Position numbers and translations under genes: made by a program. Shown here one piece after another: positions 24,690 through 37,333 of a stretch of 46,301 nt of DNA. Under the pieces are notes generated by a model. The model saw only the letters and a list, made by a program, of their open reading frames with translations, had not been told where the DNA came from and did not search any database. The stretch covers positions 1 through 46,301 of the forward strand of contig NC_057758.1 in NCBI RefSeq assembly GCF_004010195.1. The letters run 5' to 3'. This stretch comes from Chiloscyllium plagiosum. Its lineage: Eukaryota. The number at the start of each line of letters is the position of its first letter. Positions within the stretch are counted from its first letter, which is position 1.

Positions 24690-25085
24690 TGTGTTTCAAA
24701 GAGAAGTGATGCCAATTGGTAATGACTATTGCAGCTGCATTCGACCGAATGTACCATCAAGGAGCCCGAGTAAAACTGGCATCAGTGGGTATCAGGGGCC
24801 ACATTTTCTGGTGGTTGGAGTCACACCTGGCACAGAGGAACATGGCCATACTTGTTGGAAATGTGTCATCTCAGCTACTGGACATCTCTGCAGGAGTTCC
24901 TCAAGGTAGTGTCCCTGGGCCTAACCATATTTTCCTGCTTCATCAATGAACTTCCCTCATTAAAAAAGAAGTCACAAGTGGAGATGTTCGCCAATGATTG
25001 TGCAATACTCATCACCATTCAGGACTCCCCAGATACTGAAGCAGTCCAGGATCAAACGCAACAACTTCTGGATAATATCCGGCTT
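24690..25085 (+). mobile_element. CR1-clade RT fragment (different subfamily)
   Basis: AAFDRMYHQG..WLESHL..ISAGVPQGSV(L)GP..FINEL..MFANDC. Confidence 0.8.
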
Positions 25086-25104
25086 GGAGATTGCATATCC
25101 TGTC

Positions 25105-25481
25105 TTTTTGTTGGAGTTGGAGAGGTGACTTAATTGAGACATATAAAATAATCAGAGGGTTAGATAGGGTGGGCAGTGACAGCCCTTTTCTTCGGGTGGT
25201 GATGGCCTTACATGAGGGGACATAGCTTTAAACTGAGGGGTGATAGATATAGGGCAGATGTCAGAGGTACTTTCTTTATTCAGAGAGTGGTAGGGGCGTT
25301 GAATGCTCTGCCTGCAACAGGAGTAGACTCGCCAACTTTAAGGGCATGTAATGATCATTGGATAGTCATATGGACGAAAATAGACGTGTGTGGGCGAGAG
25401 GGGCTTCAGATTGGTTCCTTCGGTCGGTGCAACATCAAGTGTCGAAAGGCCTGTACCGCACTGTAATGTTCTATGTTCTAT
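25105..25481 (+). mobile_element. HER1 LINE 3' end
   Basis: RGHSFKLRGDRYRADVRG.FFIQRVV; tail TGTAATGTTCTATGTTCTA. Confidence 0.88.
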
Positions 25482-25814
25482 CTTTCACGTGACATACCGA
25501 GTCAGAATGGGGTGGGGGTGGTACTTGGAAGGGAACTTGCAGGGAGTGGTGCTCCCTCTCCCTCTGCTTCCCCGTGATGTTCTAGGGTGTAAGAGGAGTC
25601 GCGTTTCAAAGGTGTTGACATTTGAAGACCCTCGGTGTGATGTGAAGATGGTACTCACTGCTGCCACTGTGCATTTGGTGGTGGACACATTGAGCCTTGA
25701 AAGGGGCGTCAGCGTGTAATGGACTGGAGGGGGTGGGGTCTGCTTTGTTCGGGTGATGCAGAGATCCTCGAAGATGTGGGAACTAATCGAAGAGATGATC
25801 GAAAAAATTCACCT

Positions 25815-26060
25815 TCATATTCAGTGGGGTTACCCTAATTGATTACCTCCACTATCCACATCCTGGGGGTTACGTTAAGAGAGAATCTAGCCGACCCACT
25901 CCGCCCCCACTCCTTAATGTTCAGTGCTATTCACAATGCTGAACTCCCCTCCACCCCTCTATCATCAGCCTGCGGGTTTTCATTGTGGGAGAATCCAAAT
26001 ATTACCATCTCTGAATCGCACCACTGTGAAAAACCTGAACGCGACAATTCATGACCCCAC
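25815..26060 (+). repeat. Degenerate CR1-derived minisatellite (2-3 units; inverse of 41645-42170)
   Basis: CCACTATCCACATCCTGGGGGTTAC..GAGAGAATCTA..TGCTGAA..CCCC recurs; it is the reverse complement of the 88-bp unit. Confidence 0.55.
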
Positions 26061-26224
26061 AGGTACTGTTACAGCGTGCATTCAAGTGCAGCTTGACCTC
26101 GACACGACATACACGCTTTGGCTCACAATTGGCAAACCTTCTGGGGAGTGTTGCTGCACAAACAGACCTTGGTGTATGCTTCATCATTCCTTGACAGAGG
26201 CATCGCAAGGAGACATGAGAGCGA

Positions 26225-26775
26225 ACAAGCCTTTTGGTATGATTTCTTTTCTTGACTGGAGCAAGGAGTATAAGAGTTGGGAGGTCATGCTGTGGCTGTA
26301 CAGAACATTGGTACGGCCACTTTTGGAATATTGAATGCAGTTCTGCTTTCCCTCTCATCGGAAGGATGTTGTGAAAATAGAAATGGAACGGAAAACGTTT
26401 TGAAGGATATTGCCAGGATTGGCGAGGTTGAGCTGTATGGGGAGGATGAATATGTTGGAGATGTCATCCCTGGAGTGTCGTTGGCTGTGGGGTGACCTTA
26501 GTAAGGTTTATAAAATCAGGACGGGAATGGAAAAGGTCAGTAGACAATGTCTGATCACTGGGGTAGGGGAGGCCAGTACTAGAGGACAAAGGATTAGGTT
26601 CAAGGGGAAAGATTTAAATGGGATAAAAGGGGCAACTTTTTCTTGGGAAAAGGTGGTGCGTGTATAGAATTTGCTGCCAGAGGAAGTGGTGGAGGCTGGG
26701 ACGGGGCATCGGTTTGTGTATATAGATAGGCGGTTTCGAGGATTTTGGGCCAAGTGCTGGTAAGTGGGATTGGTT
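26225..26775 (+). mobile_element. CR1 LINE 3' fragment
   Basis: EYKSWEVMLWLYRTLVRPLLEY; SLECRWLWGDL..VYKI; TRGQ. Confidence 0.85.
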
Positions 26776-27004
26776 CACACAAAAGCAATCAAACAAACAA
26801 ACACAATTGATGAAGGCGAAGTGTGTTTATATCTCACTATTTGTTAAACCAGTTCATTGAGTTTGTGGAAGAGCAGGACGTTTGGAGATGATACATTATT
26901 CAATGAGGAAACTAAGAGGTTAAGCCTCGTTGGTATGAATACTCTGACAAGTCTGGAATCGTTCTGTAGAATGATGTGATGAAAAAGGAGGTTGGCGCAC
27001 TGTC

Positions 27005-27450
27005 GGAGTCTCTGTCTCAGTTACTGTGCCTCACTCTGTCTCTCTCTGTCTCCATCCCTCTTTGCTTTTCTCTTATTTTCCTCTCGATCTCCCCACCTCT
27101 CCTTTTCTCTCTCTGGCTGTCTCCAACACTATGACCATATTTCGCTTCTCTCTCTCTCCCTCCCTTTGCCTCTTTCTCTCTTCTCTCTATCTCCCTTTCT
27201 CGCTTTTTGCCACTCTTATTCTGCTTCTCTACCTCTGTCTCACTCCATGTCCCCCTTTCTGTCTCTGTCCCATCTGTCTGGTTCTCTCCCACTCTTTCTT
27301 CCTCTTCTTCTTTCTGTATCTCTTTCTCAATCACCCACTCTCTGTCCTTCTTTGCATGCCTCTCTGTCTCGCTTTATTTCTCTCAATCTCTCCCTGTCAC
27401 AATCACAGGCCCCATCATGTCTCTTCCTTTGTCTATCTCTCGCTCTCTGA
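27005..27450. repeat. CT-rich low-complexity tract
   Basis: Degenerate (CT)n/(CTGT)n. Confidence 0.88.
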
Positions 27451-27607
27451 CGATCCGTCTGCATTCCTCACAATATCTGGCATTCTGGTGTCCTTCCTGT
27501 TCTCTGCAGGCCCACGCAGTTTAGCCTGTAATGGGTGTCGGTCATTAATCCGAGGGAGGTCCATATACTGTTCCGAATTATAGAGAAAGATTGACTTCTG
27601 ATACGTT

Positions 27608-28509
27608 TTAAATCTTCGGTTGTACGAGTCGATGAATAATGTCATGGCGCATACCTATGGGACATCTCAAGGTAATTATCAACTGCTCACTGAACCTAGT
27701 CTGAGTCACAGCATAAATCCCAGTGTTCGTGCAGTAACTTAGCAACTACAGTATGAAGCTCAATTAAGTCATACAGTTGTGTAGATATAACATCTGGTAG
27801 CCCAACCAGTAGATTGGGATCCTTTTCGAATAGAACATTAATAATGACCACGACAGCATGAAATTGGCCGAGATAAACATCAGTAAAAGGATAGATTTTC
27901 TTCGGCTCGCCATCTGTGGGTCTCTGGCCTTCTCCCCACTGCTGGGCACCCGGAGACTCCTGCAGCCTCTGCTGGTCACGATAATGTGCCTGACGGTGAG
28001 AACATTGCACAACAGGCAAATCGCACGCCGGGGGTGAGAATGCTCTGCCCAAACTCCATTCCTACCCAGAATGGTGAATTGATGGCGTAACGTCTAATCA
28101 GATAAAACCAGGGCTGATTCACCAACACATACCACTCCGTCAACAGGAAATACGAGAACACGTTATTTAAACAGCTCAGCAACAGCTACTGTCCCCAGAA
28201 CAACATCCGCCGTTCTCTCACTGCAGTATTTACTTTTAATTTTCGGCTTCTGGCAACAAATAGCCACAAATTGGTCAAAGGTGAAAGTGACAGTGAACCA
28301 GACTGAACAGTCAATGGCTGCAAAGAGCAGGACAGTGTGCATATTACACAAAGGGGTGGATGCAAGTGTTCTTTGTAAGTGAATGGAATGTGCCCAATAT
28401 TTGATCGAGAATAGTAGGTCACTAAGTGCCATAGCGACCAGGTAGCGAGTGATGCATTTCGAGAGATCACAATTTCCCTGACAGAGGATTGCTATCGTCA
28501 CGAGTTTAG
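27608..28509 (-). pseudogene. GPR139/142-like GPCR pseudogene, exon 2 (exon 1 not located)
   Basis: Acceptor TTTTCCTTCCACACAG at 28525-28510, then AKLVTIAILCQGNCDLSKCITRYLVAMA..DCSVWFTVTFTFDQFVAICCQK..NVLTVRHIIVTS..RRKSILLL..IL*LLSYCTNTGIYAVTQ, ending at TAA 27610-27608. It has frameshifts, an in-frame TAG and DRF changed to DQF. Confidence 0.9.
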
Positions 28510-28875
28510 CTGTGTGGAAGGAAAACATAAATGGACATCCGAAAGTCCGTTTGGATACAAGATAATATTTTAACTCACCATCAATTTTCAGTCTTAAATG
28601 TACCGTTTTGCAACTGTTATTATATTCAAATGATCACACCCATGAATATTTATGCACTGGAGATTGAAATGATCCTAGTTAACATCAATAGAGGACCAGA
28701 AATGCGGCAGAAGTGTGGTAGTGGAAAATGAGCATAGATTTCCAGTTAACGTAAAAGGGGCACTAATGGCATCGAAAATTGGATACCAAAGAATTTGGAC
28801 AATTTCATTTAGAAGTTGAATGGTAAGATATGGTGGCAACTGATAGGTCAAAAGATGGTTAAACAAGTGTGGATA

Positions 28876-30652
28876 TAGAACAAAGAACAAATAATATTTA
28901 CAGTCCAAGAACAGTCCCTTCGGCTGTCCAAGCCTGAGCCTTTCCAATTCCTAAGCATCTGTATCTCTCTGCTCACCACCTACTCATGCATCTATCCAGG
29001 CGCATCTTAACTAAATCTACCATGCCTCCCTCTACTAACTCTGCTGGCAATGCATTCCACACACCTACCACCCTCTGTGTAAAGTTCTTTTATCCACCTC
29101 GCTCGAACACCCTGCACACCATGGGACTTCAATTTCTCGATTAGTTTACCATGGGGATCATTATCAAATGCCTTACCAAAGTCAATGTATATGACATCTA
29201 CTGTCCTTCTCTCACCTACCAACTTAATCACTTCCTCAAAGAACTCTATTAAATTGGTAAGGCATGATATCCCCCGCACAAAATCACACTGCCTATTTCT
29301 GATAAGCCCATTCTTTTCCAAATATAAGTAGGTTTTATCCCTCAATACTTTCTCCAGCAACGTTCCCACCACTGACTTCAGGCTCACTGGTCTGTGGTTG
29401 CCCGGAATATCCTTACTACCATTCTTGTACAGCGAGACCACACGAGTAACCCTCCAGTCCTCCAGCACCTCACCTGTGTTTAAGGATGCTACGAAGATAT
29501 TTGTTAGGGCCCCGGTATTTCCTCTCTCACCTCCCTCAGCAACTTGGAATAGATCCCATCTCTAATCTCAATATTCAACATGTCCCTCTCCTCAGTGAAC
29601 CCTGATGCAAAATAATCATTCAGAATCTCACCATTTTCTCAGGTTGAACACACATCCGTCCTTCCCTATGATTTAGTGGAGCAATCCTTTCTCTAGTTAC
29701 CCGCTTGCCTCTTACATAAGAATAAAAGGCTTTGCGATTTTCCTTATTTCTGCGAACTGAGGTTATTTCATGTCCCCTTTTAGCCCATTTGATTCCATGG
29801 TTAAGACTGGTCCAACTCTGCTGATATTCCTCCATGGCCCGTTCTGTTCTTAGCTGCCTGGACTTTATGTCCGATTCCTTTTCCTCTTGGCTAGTCGTAT
29901 GAATTCTCCTGTCATCGACGGTTCATGAGTCTCGCCGTGCCTATCTTTTCCTTATAACGGGAATTGCTTTTCCTATACGATATTTAACCTATCTTTGAAA
30001 GCCTCCCACATATCAAATGTGGACTTCCTTTCAAAGAGCTGTGTCGAATCCACATTTCCAAGGTCCTGCCTAATTTTGATGTAATTGGCCTCGGCATAGT
30101 TTAGTACTCTTTGCTTAGGACCACTCTAATCTTTGTCTACGAGTATTCTAAGACTTATAGAACTGTCGTCACTGTTCCTTAAGGAATCCCCTACTGCAAC
30201 GTCTACCACCTGGCCTGGCTCATTCCCCAAACACTAGGTCCAATATGGCCCCTTCCCTCGTCGGACTATTGACATACTACTCTAGAAAACTCTCCTAAAG
30301 GCTTCCTACGAATTCTGTCCCATCCAGACCTCTGAAACTAAGTGTATCCCAGTCAATGTTGGGAAAATTAAAATCTCCGATCACCACCACCCTTTTGTCT
30401 CCACATTTTCCATAAACTGTTTACCTATTTATGCTTCTACCTCACGTTCACTGTTGGGAGGCCTATAAGCCAGCCCCAACAATGTAACTTCGCCTTCTTA
30501 TTTCTCTGTTCCACCCATAATGTCTCATTACTCAAGTCCTCCTTAGTGTCCTCTTTTCACACAGCCGTGATATCATTCCCTGACCAGCAATACAACTCCT
30601 CCCCCCATTTGTCTTCTCTCCCTGACCTGTCTGAAGCATCTATATCCTGGAA
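28876..30652 (-). mobile_element. CR1 LINE ((GAACAAA)n-tail subfamily) with APE endonuclease region and internal deletions
   Basis: YRPP (~30460), VIGDFN..NIDW (~30345-30390) and LEDWR..RPVSL..SCLTNLIEFFEEV. The RT is joined directly to the 3' end near 29085. Confidence 0.9.
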
Positions 30653-30854
30653 AATATCTGTCGTTGTGACATTCTGATGAATTGGTCTTACATTCCATTC
30701 GCTTCTCTGCCTACGCGTCTATAACTTAGATCCTCACTATTGTCGTAGGTGAAGTTCTCATCCACTCTCAGAGATGACGGTTTGAGAGAAGCTCCCCATA
30801 ACACAATCGGGCTTGGTGGAGACATAACGTCATTGTCAATCACTCAGAATAATG

Positions 30855-31668
30855 CAGTTACAGTGCTCTACAGCACTGAACCAGACCCTTCAGTCCAATT
30901 TGTTCATGCCGGAAAGATGTTGTAAATTAATGTCATCCCATTTGGCACATGTGCCTCTGAACACTTCCTTTTCTTGTCCCCATCCAGATGTGCTTCAAAT
31001 TTTGTAAATGTACCAGCCTCCATCACTTCCTCTGGTGGCACATTCTATACACGCATCACCCTCTGCGTGTAAATATTCCACCTGAGGTCCCTTTTTAACA
31101 TTTCCCCTCACTCTAAATTAATCCTTTAAGGCTGCACTCCCCCAACACGGGAAAATTACTTTGCCCATTTACCCTATCTATACCTGTCAGGATTTTATGA
31201 GATCATCCCTCTGCCTCCGGCACTCCAGGGTAAACACCCCCAGACTATTCAGCCTCTCCCTATAACTCAAACCCTCCATCCCTGGCTACAAACTTGTAAA
31301 TCTTTTCTGAACTCTTTCAAGATTCACAACGTCCTTCCTGCAGCCGGGAGAACATAATTGCACACAATAATCCACAAGTGCTCTAACCAATGTCCTGTAC
31401 AGCCGCGACATGACTTCCCAAATCCTATACTCAATGCTCTGACCAACAAACGAAAGCATACCAAACTGTCTTCGTCAGTATCCTATCTACCTGCGAATCC
31501 ACTTTCAAGGAACTATGAATCTGCACTTCAAGATATCTTTGTTCAGCACCAGTCCCCGGACATCACCATTAAGTGTATAAATCCTGCCACCATTTGCATA
31601 TTCGAAATGCAATACATCACATTTATCTAAATTAAACTGCATCTGCCACTCCTCGGCCCATTCGACCA
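30855..31668 (-). mobile_element. CR1 LINE 3' fragment
   Basis: GACCCTTCAGTCCAA 3' UTR; the minus strand encodes WQMQFN..KCDVLHF and FTSL*PGMEGLSYRERL. Confidence 0.82.
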
Positions 31669-31899
31669 TCACAGCCCTGGTTAACTTCTCTCTCTCTCTC
31701 TATCTCTCTCTCTCCAACAAATTCCCTCCCTCAATATAGTTTAAACCAGAGCCAGTCTCGAGGGTTGTGGGAGAGTCACTTTTAGCAGGGATAGACTGGA
31801 TTGTCTGAGGGCACCAGGCAACTATCCTGCTGGAGTCTCTGAGTGAGGTTGGCTGTTTGCAAACAGCGTTTAAAAGTATAGGTGGGACGAAGCCAGAAC

Positions 31900-32005
31900 A
31901 GCCCGACGTGGACACGGGGGGAATGTGCAAACAGACAGTGGCCCGAGGCTGGAATTGAACCCGGGTCCCTGGAGCTGTGAGGTAGCGTTGCGAACAACTG
32001 AGTCA
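31900..32005 (-). mobile_element. HE1-type SINE 5' fragment
   Basis: Minus strand CCTCACAGCTCCAGGGACCCGGGTTCAATTCC (B box). Confidence 0.75.
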
Positions 32006-32334
32006 ACATGCAGCCCGTAGTTATTGGTACATTGCTCATTCAGAAGCACCGGAAATATTCTGGAAACCCTGTTTGGTGTCCCTCTATGGCATATTGTGGA
32101 ATTTTGATTCAATCAACAAAAGAGTCCAGCGATGAAGAAGAAACTGTTGCCAATTGTTAGGAATAAAATGCATCCGGTTCCATACAAGCCTAATATGACA
32201 CCGCCCAGTGAAGATCCGAACCAATGACAATTCTAGTCCACCAGCTCCAATCTCAATTCTGAGCAAAGAAGGCTGTGTCCATTTGGAAGGCTCTGAGCCC
32301 ACCTTTAAATGGTTCCAACTTGGATCAGAGAGAC

Positions 32335-32620
32335 GTATCTCAGAATAAGGGATTGCTCATTGAAGACAGAGATGGAGACGATTTTTTTTTCATCTCCATG
32401 AAGATTGAGTCTATGAGATTCTTGAACACAGAGGGATGGTGTGGTTTGGGTCATTCAGTATATTCAAGGCTGAGAGAGAAAGAGACTTAGATTTCTAATC
32501 AGACTGGAAATGGAGATATCGTCTAGGAAATGAGAGTTGGGAACGATTGGATTAGCCATGATCTCAGTGAACGGCAGAGAACTTTAAATAGGCCAAATGG
32601 TTTCCTCCTGCTCCTCTGTC
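32335..32620 (+). mobile_element. Old CR1 3' fragment
   Basis: TCTCAGAATAAGGGG..GACAGAGATG..TTCAAGGCTGAGA..GCCATGATC..GGCCAAATGG..CTCCTGCTCCT. Confidence 0.6.
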
Positions 32621-33349
32621 TAACTGATTTATGTTTGAACAATTATATTATTAATTGGAGCAGGCAGCCCTTCAGGGATGCGATCTGCACACACGGAGAC
32701 CGGAATTAATTCACTGACAAACAGCTTCGGGTTACCCCTTCTCCTCCCAACAGCTTCGCCACTGCTTCATGCTTCCTAAAGGATTATGGTTCTGTCTGCC
32801 GTTGCGAAAGGAGGATGGAAGAGAGGAAAACAAAGTGGACTGATTCTGTTGTATAAACTCTGGGGAATTTGGCAAAGTTAGCAAAGTGCTTTTATAACTG
32901 ATCAGGAGCAGTTTGCCTTCTGAAGTTTGTTATTTTATTTTGCTGAGCGGTACCAAGTGCCTGTGTGCTGCTGCAGAATAGCCCTTGCATCGTTTGAGCT
33001 TTTGGTTTCGAAGTATGTGTCCGGGAATGAGTGGGGAAGGTGCTGCTGAACGACCTTTGGTGAATTTCCGCAGTTTGTCTCATAGATGGTGCAGTGTTGC
33101 GTGCATCGTGGAGTGGGTGTTTGTGGATGTCATGCCAATCGAGTGAACCTCTTTGTTCCTGGATTATGTCACGCTTCATGGTATGGCCACGGACAGCAGA
33201 TCCGAGTCCATATTTTCGACCTTCACATTCACAACACAGCAAAATACAAACCCTCACCTATCGTCAAAACTGACCCAAATATTTCCTGGCAAGGCTTTTG
33301 AGTAAGCAATCCCAGGAATCAACTTTTTATACCAGTTTGGCGTTTCAGC

Positions 33350-33990
33350 AAAAGACTCAGAAATGTGCGAGCAATGGAATAAATTTAAGGGGAATTGTGA
33401 ACGAAATTTGCGAGGCAGGTTTTTCACATAAAGGTTGGGGAGTGCCTGGAACGCGTTGCCAGATGAGATTAGATTACTTACAGTGTGGAAAGAGGCCCTT
33501 CGGCCCAACAACTCCACACCGCCCTGCCGAAGCGCAACCCACCCATACCCCTACATTTACCCCTTACCTAACACGACGGGCAATTTAGCATGGCCAATTC
33601 AACTGACCTGCACATCTTTGGACTGTGGGAGGAAACCGGAGCAAACCCACGCAGACACGGGGAGAACGTGCAAACTCCACACAGTCAGTCGCCTTAGGCG
33701 GGAATTGAACCCAGCTCTTCTAGCGCTGTGAGGCAGCAGTGCTAACCACTGTGCCACCGTGCCGCCCACTAATGTCAGAAGGCAAAATGCTCCTGATAAG
33801 TTATAAAAGCACTTTGATGATGGAAGCAAACACAACAGCAGCGTTCAAGAAACACCAGGACGAATACATCAAAGGGAAGGGAAGAGAGGGAGATGGATCG
33901 GGCAAGTAAAACCAGTTTTAGTTTGGAAGGGCAAAATATGCCAGCGCAGGCTTGGAAGGCCGAAGGGCCTGTTCCTGTGCTGTTCTCTTC
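33350..33990 (+). mobile_element. CR1 3' fragment interrupted by a SINE
   Basis: TTTTTCACA..GCCTGGAACGCGTTGCCAG precedes the SINE; GGCCGAAGGGCCTGTTCCTGTGCTGT forms the 3' terminus. Confidence 0.7.
33462..33769 (-). mobile_element. HE1-type tRNA-derived SINE, full length
   Basis: Minus strand: A box TGGCACAGTGG, B box GGTTCAATTCC, central GTGTGGAGTTTGCACGTTCTCCCCGTGTCTGCGTGGGT, LINE-like 3' end GGGCCGAAGGGCCT and an (AATCT)n tail. Confidence 0.94.
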
Positions 33991-34214
33991 TTTAGTCTTG
34001 ATCCTATTGTTTGAGCAGAATGACATAACAAAGCAATCCAATCGATGTCTATGCTTTAAACCCAGCAAGTAAAACCAGTTTTAGTTTGGAAGGGCAAAAT
34101 ATGCCAGCGCAGGCTTGGAAGGCCGAAGGGCCTGTTCCTGTGCTGTGTTCTCCTATTGCTTGAGCAGAATGACATAACAAAGTAATCCAATCGATGTCTA
34201 TGCTTTAAACCCAG
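33902..34214 (+). repeat. Local tandem duplication (163-bp and ~150-bp copies)
   Basis: GCAAGTAAAACCAG..ATGCTTTAAACCCAG starts at 33902 and again at 34065; the copies are near-identical. Confidence 0.92.
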
Positions 34215-34329
34215 GCACCTTTATTTCCAGCCCCATTCACCAAAAAAGACTGACGGGCAAACCCAGTTAAGGAAGGTCAACTCCTCCCAACCTCTCACAA
34301 TTACCAAATTCATGTTGTTAGATGACAGG

Positions 34330-36000
34330 GAACAAAGAACAAAGAAAATTTACAGTCAAGGAGCAGGCCCATCGGCCCTCCAAGCCTGAGCCAATCCAAA
34401 TCTACTGTGTAAACCTGTCGCCCAATCCCGAAACATCTGAATCCCTTTGCCCTCCACCTACTCTTGCATCTATCCAGACACATCTTAAATGAATCGACCT
34501 TGCCTGCCTCTGCTACCTCTGCTGGCAACACATTTAAGGCACCTACCACACTCTGTGTAAAGTACCTGCCGCGTGTATCCCACATAAACTTTTCACCTCT
34601 CACCTTGAAAGCGTGACCTCTCGTTGTTGAATCCTTCAGCCTGGGAAAATAAGCTTATCTGTATCAACCCTGTCTATAACCTTCATAATTTTGTAGACCT
34701 CAATTACATCCCCCCTCAATCTCCTTTTTTTGTAATGAAAACAAAAGTAAAGTATTCAACTTCCCTTCACAGCTAGCGCTTACCATACCAGGTAAAACTT
34801 CTCTGCACGCTCTCCAAAGCATCCACATCCTTTTGGTAATGTGGCGACCAGAACTGTACATAGTATTCCAAATGTGGTCGAACCAATGCCTTGTACAATT
34901 TTAACATGACCTGCCAGCTCTTACACTCAATGTCCCGTCTGATGAAGGCCAGCATACCATACGCTTTTTTGACCACTGTGCAGCAACCTTCAGGGTACAA
35001 TGGACCTGAACTCCCAGACCTCTCTGCTCATCAACTTTTCCCAAGGCTCTTCCGTTTACTGTATAATTTTCTCTAGAATTAGACTTCCCTCAATGCATCA
35101 CCTCACATTTACCTGGATTAAACTCCATCTGCCAGTCTCCGCCCAACTCTCCAGTTGAACTTTCCAGTAAATATACCCTCCTGTGTTCTTTGACAGTCCC
35201 CTATGCTTTCTGCTATTCCACCAATCTTCGTGTCATCTGCATACTTGCTGATCATACCAACAGTACACTCATCCAGATCATTTATGTATATCACAAACAA
35301 CAGTGGCCCCAGTACTAATCCCTGTGGAACACCACTGGTCACCTTTCTCCATTTTGTGAAGCTCCCTTCAACTGCTACTCTCTGTCTCCTATTGCTCAAA
35401 CAGTTCTTTATCCACCTAGCTAGAACACGTTGCACACCATGTGACTTCACTTTCTCCATTAGTTCACCATGGGGAAACTTATCAAACGCCTAACTAAAGT
35501 CCATGTATATGACATCCACTGCAGTTCCTTCATCTATCAACTTGGTCACTTCCACAAAGAACTCTATTAAGTTGGTGAGTTACGATCTGCTCCACATGAA
35601 ACCATGTTGCCTATTACTAACGAACCCATTATTTTCCAACTATAAATAAATTTTATCCTCAGTACTTTCTCCAGTAATTTTCCCACCACTGACGTCAGAC
35701 TCACTGGTCTGTAGTTCCACGGAATATCTCTGCTAGCCTTCTAATGCTGGGGGACAACGTGAGCAACCCTCCAGTCTTCCAGCAGTCACCTGTGTTTAAG
35801 GATGCGACAAAGATATCTCTCAGGGACCCATTAGTTTCCCCTCTTGCGTCCCTCAGCAATCAGGGATAGATCCCATCGGGTCCTGGAGATTTCTCCACAA
35901 TAATACCCTCTCGCATACCCAACACATCTTTCCTACTTATGTCAACGTGATTCAGAGTAATCAAACTTCTAATCTTAACATTCACCAAGTCCCTCTCCTC
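34330..36000 (-). mobile_element. CR1 LINE ((GAACAAA)n-tail subfamily), runs into gap
   Basis: SGVPQGLVLGPLLFVIYINDLD..YADDTKIGG; LVRPHLEYYVQFWSP; KSPGPDGIYP. Confidence 0.93.
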
Positions 36001-36500
36001 NNNNNNNNNNNNNNNNNNNNNNNNNNNNNNNNNNNNNNNNNNNNNNNNNNNNNNNNNNNNNNNNNNNNNNNNNNNNNNNNNNNNNNNNNNNNNNNNNNNN
36101 NNNNNNNNNNNNNNNNNNNNNNNNNNNNNNNNNNNNNNNNNNNNNNNNNNNNNNNNNNNNNNNNNNNNNNNNNNNNNNNNNNNNNNNNNNNNNNNNNNNN
36201 NNNNNNNNNNNNNNNNNNNNNNNNNNNNNNNNNNNNNNNNNNNNNNNNNNNNNNNNNNNNNNNNNNNNNNNNNNNNNNNNNNNNNNNNNNNNNNNNNNNN
36301 NNNNNNNNNNNNNNNNNNNNNNNNNNNNNNNNNNNNNNNNNNNNNNNNNNNNNNNNNNNNNNNNNNNNNNNNNNNNNNNNNNNNNNNNNNNNNNNNNNNN
36401 NNNNNNNNNNNNNNNNNNNNNNNNNNNNNNNNNNNNNNNNNNNNNNNNNNNNNNNNNNNNNNNNNNNNNNNNNNNNNNNNNNNNNNNNNNNNNNNNNNNN
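36001..36500. other. Assembly gap
   Basis: Run of N. Confidence 1.
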
Positions 36501-37226
36501 GTGACTTTAAGGGTTTTGCGAAAGGCAATGGAGGCCAAGGTGCTGGAATTAGCCAACAAACTGGAGCTGGAGCTGCCTCCTTCCCTGAGGAAAGGAGAGA
36601 TAATTGCAGCATCAGATGAGCATTTTGAGTTGCTGGGAACACCATCAGAATCTTTACAGATGGCTGAAATTCACATTGAAAAGAAAGCACCTTGAGTTGG
36701 AGGCGCAAGGCAAGGTATTACAGATGAAAGCAGAGGAAAGAGAAAGAGATGGAGAGAAGAGCGGGAAAGAGAGAGAGAAGAGATAGAAAAAGAGGCGGAA
36801 AGGCAAAAAAGAGAGGGTGTTTATACTTCAGAAATTGGCGCTTAGACAGGAAAGTCACCTGAAAAGGTTGGAAATGAAGGACGAAGGTTAGCTTAGCGAG
36901 GAAGAGAGTAAGAATGAACAAACCCAGGGTAGCCGAAGCCCCGGTTAGAAACGTTTAATGCTTCTCAAAAGGCCTTGTGATAAACCCTTTAAATATATTC
37001 AAGCATTGCCTACATTTGATGAGAACGATGTGGAAGCATTTTTAATGTCATTTGAAAAGGTGTTTAAACAAATGCCGTGGTCAGTGACCATGGGGGTGTT
37101 GTTTGTCCAAACAAAACATGTAGGTCGAGCTAGTGAGGCCCTCGCATCACTCTCAGACGAGGTATCTGGGGTATGTGAGGAGGGGAAGAAAGCCATCTTA
37201 AGTGTGCACATGAACTTATGCCAGAA

Positions 37227-37333
37227 GTAATAAGAGTAATAAAAAGACGGGGTACTGGGCTAATGGTCGGATACTTGGTAGTGTGGATGAGCAGAGGGAT
37301 CTTGGTGTCCATGTACACAGATCTCCGAAAGTT
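37227..37333 (+). mobile_element. Young HER1 LINE fragment inserted in gag, runs into gap
   Basis: GYWANGRILGSVDEQRDLGVHVHRS, nearly identical to the reverse complement of 11323-11425. Confidence 0.88.

Noticed and set aside
33250..33300. Minus-strand AG|GTGAG donor as exon 1 of the 28-kb GPCR
   Set aside because: The upstream translation does not resemble the YYPxLAxxGVP end of exon 1.
33690..33769. tRNA gene (A and B boxes; also at ~14460-14532 and ~45750-45819)
   Set aside because: These are the tRNA-derived heads of SINEs, continuous with SINE body and tail.
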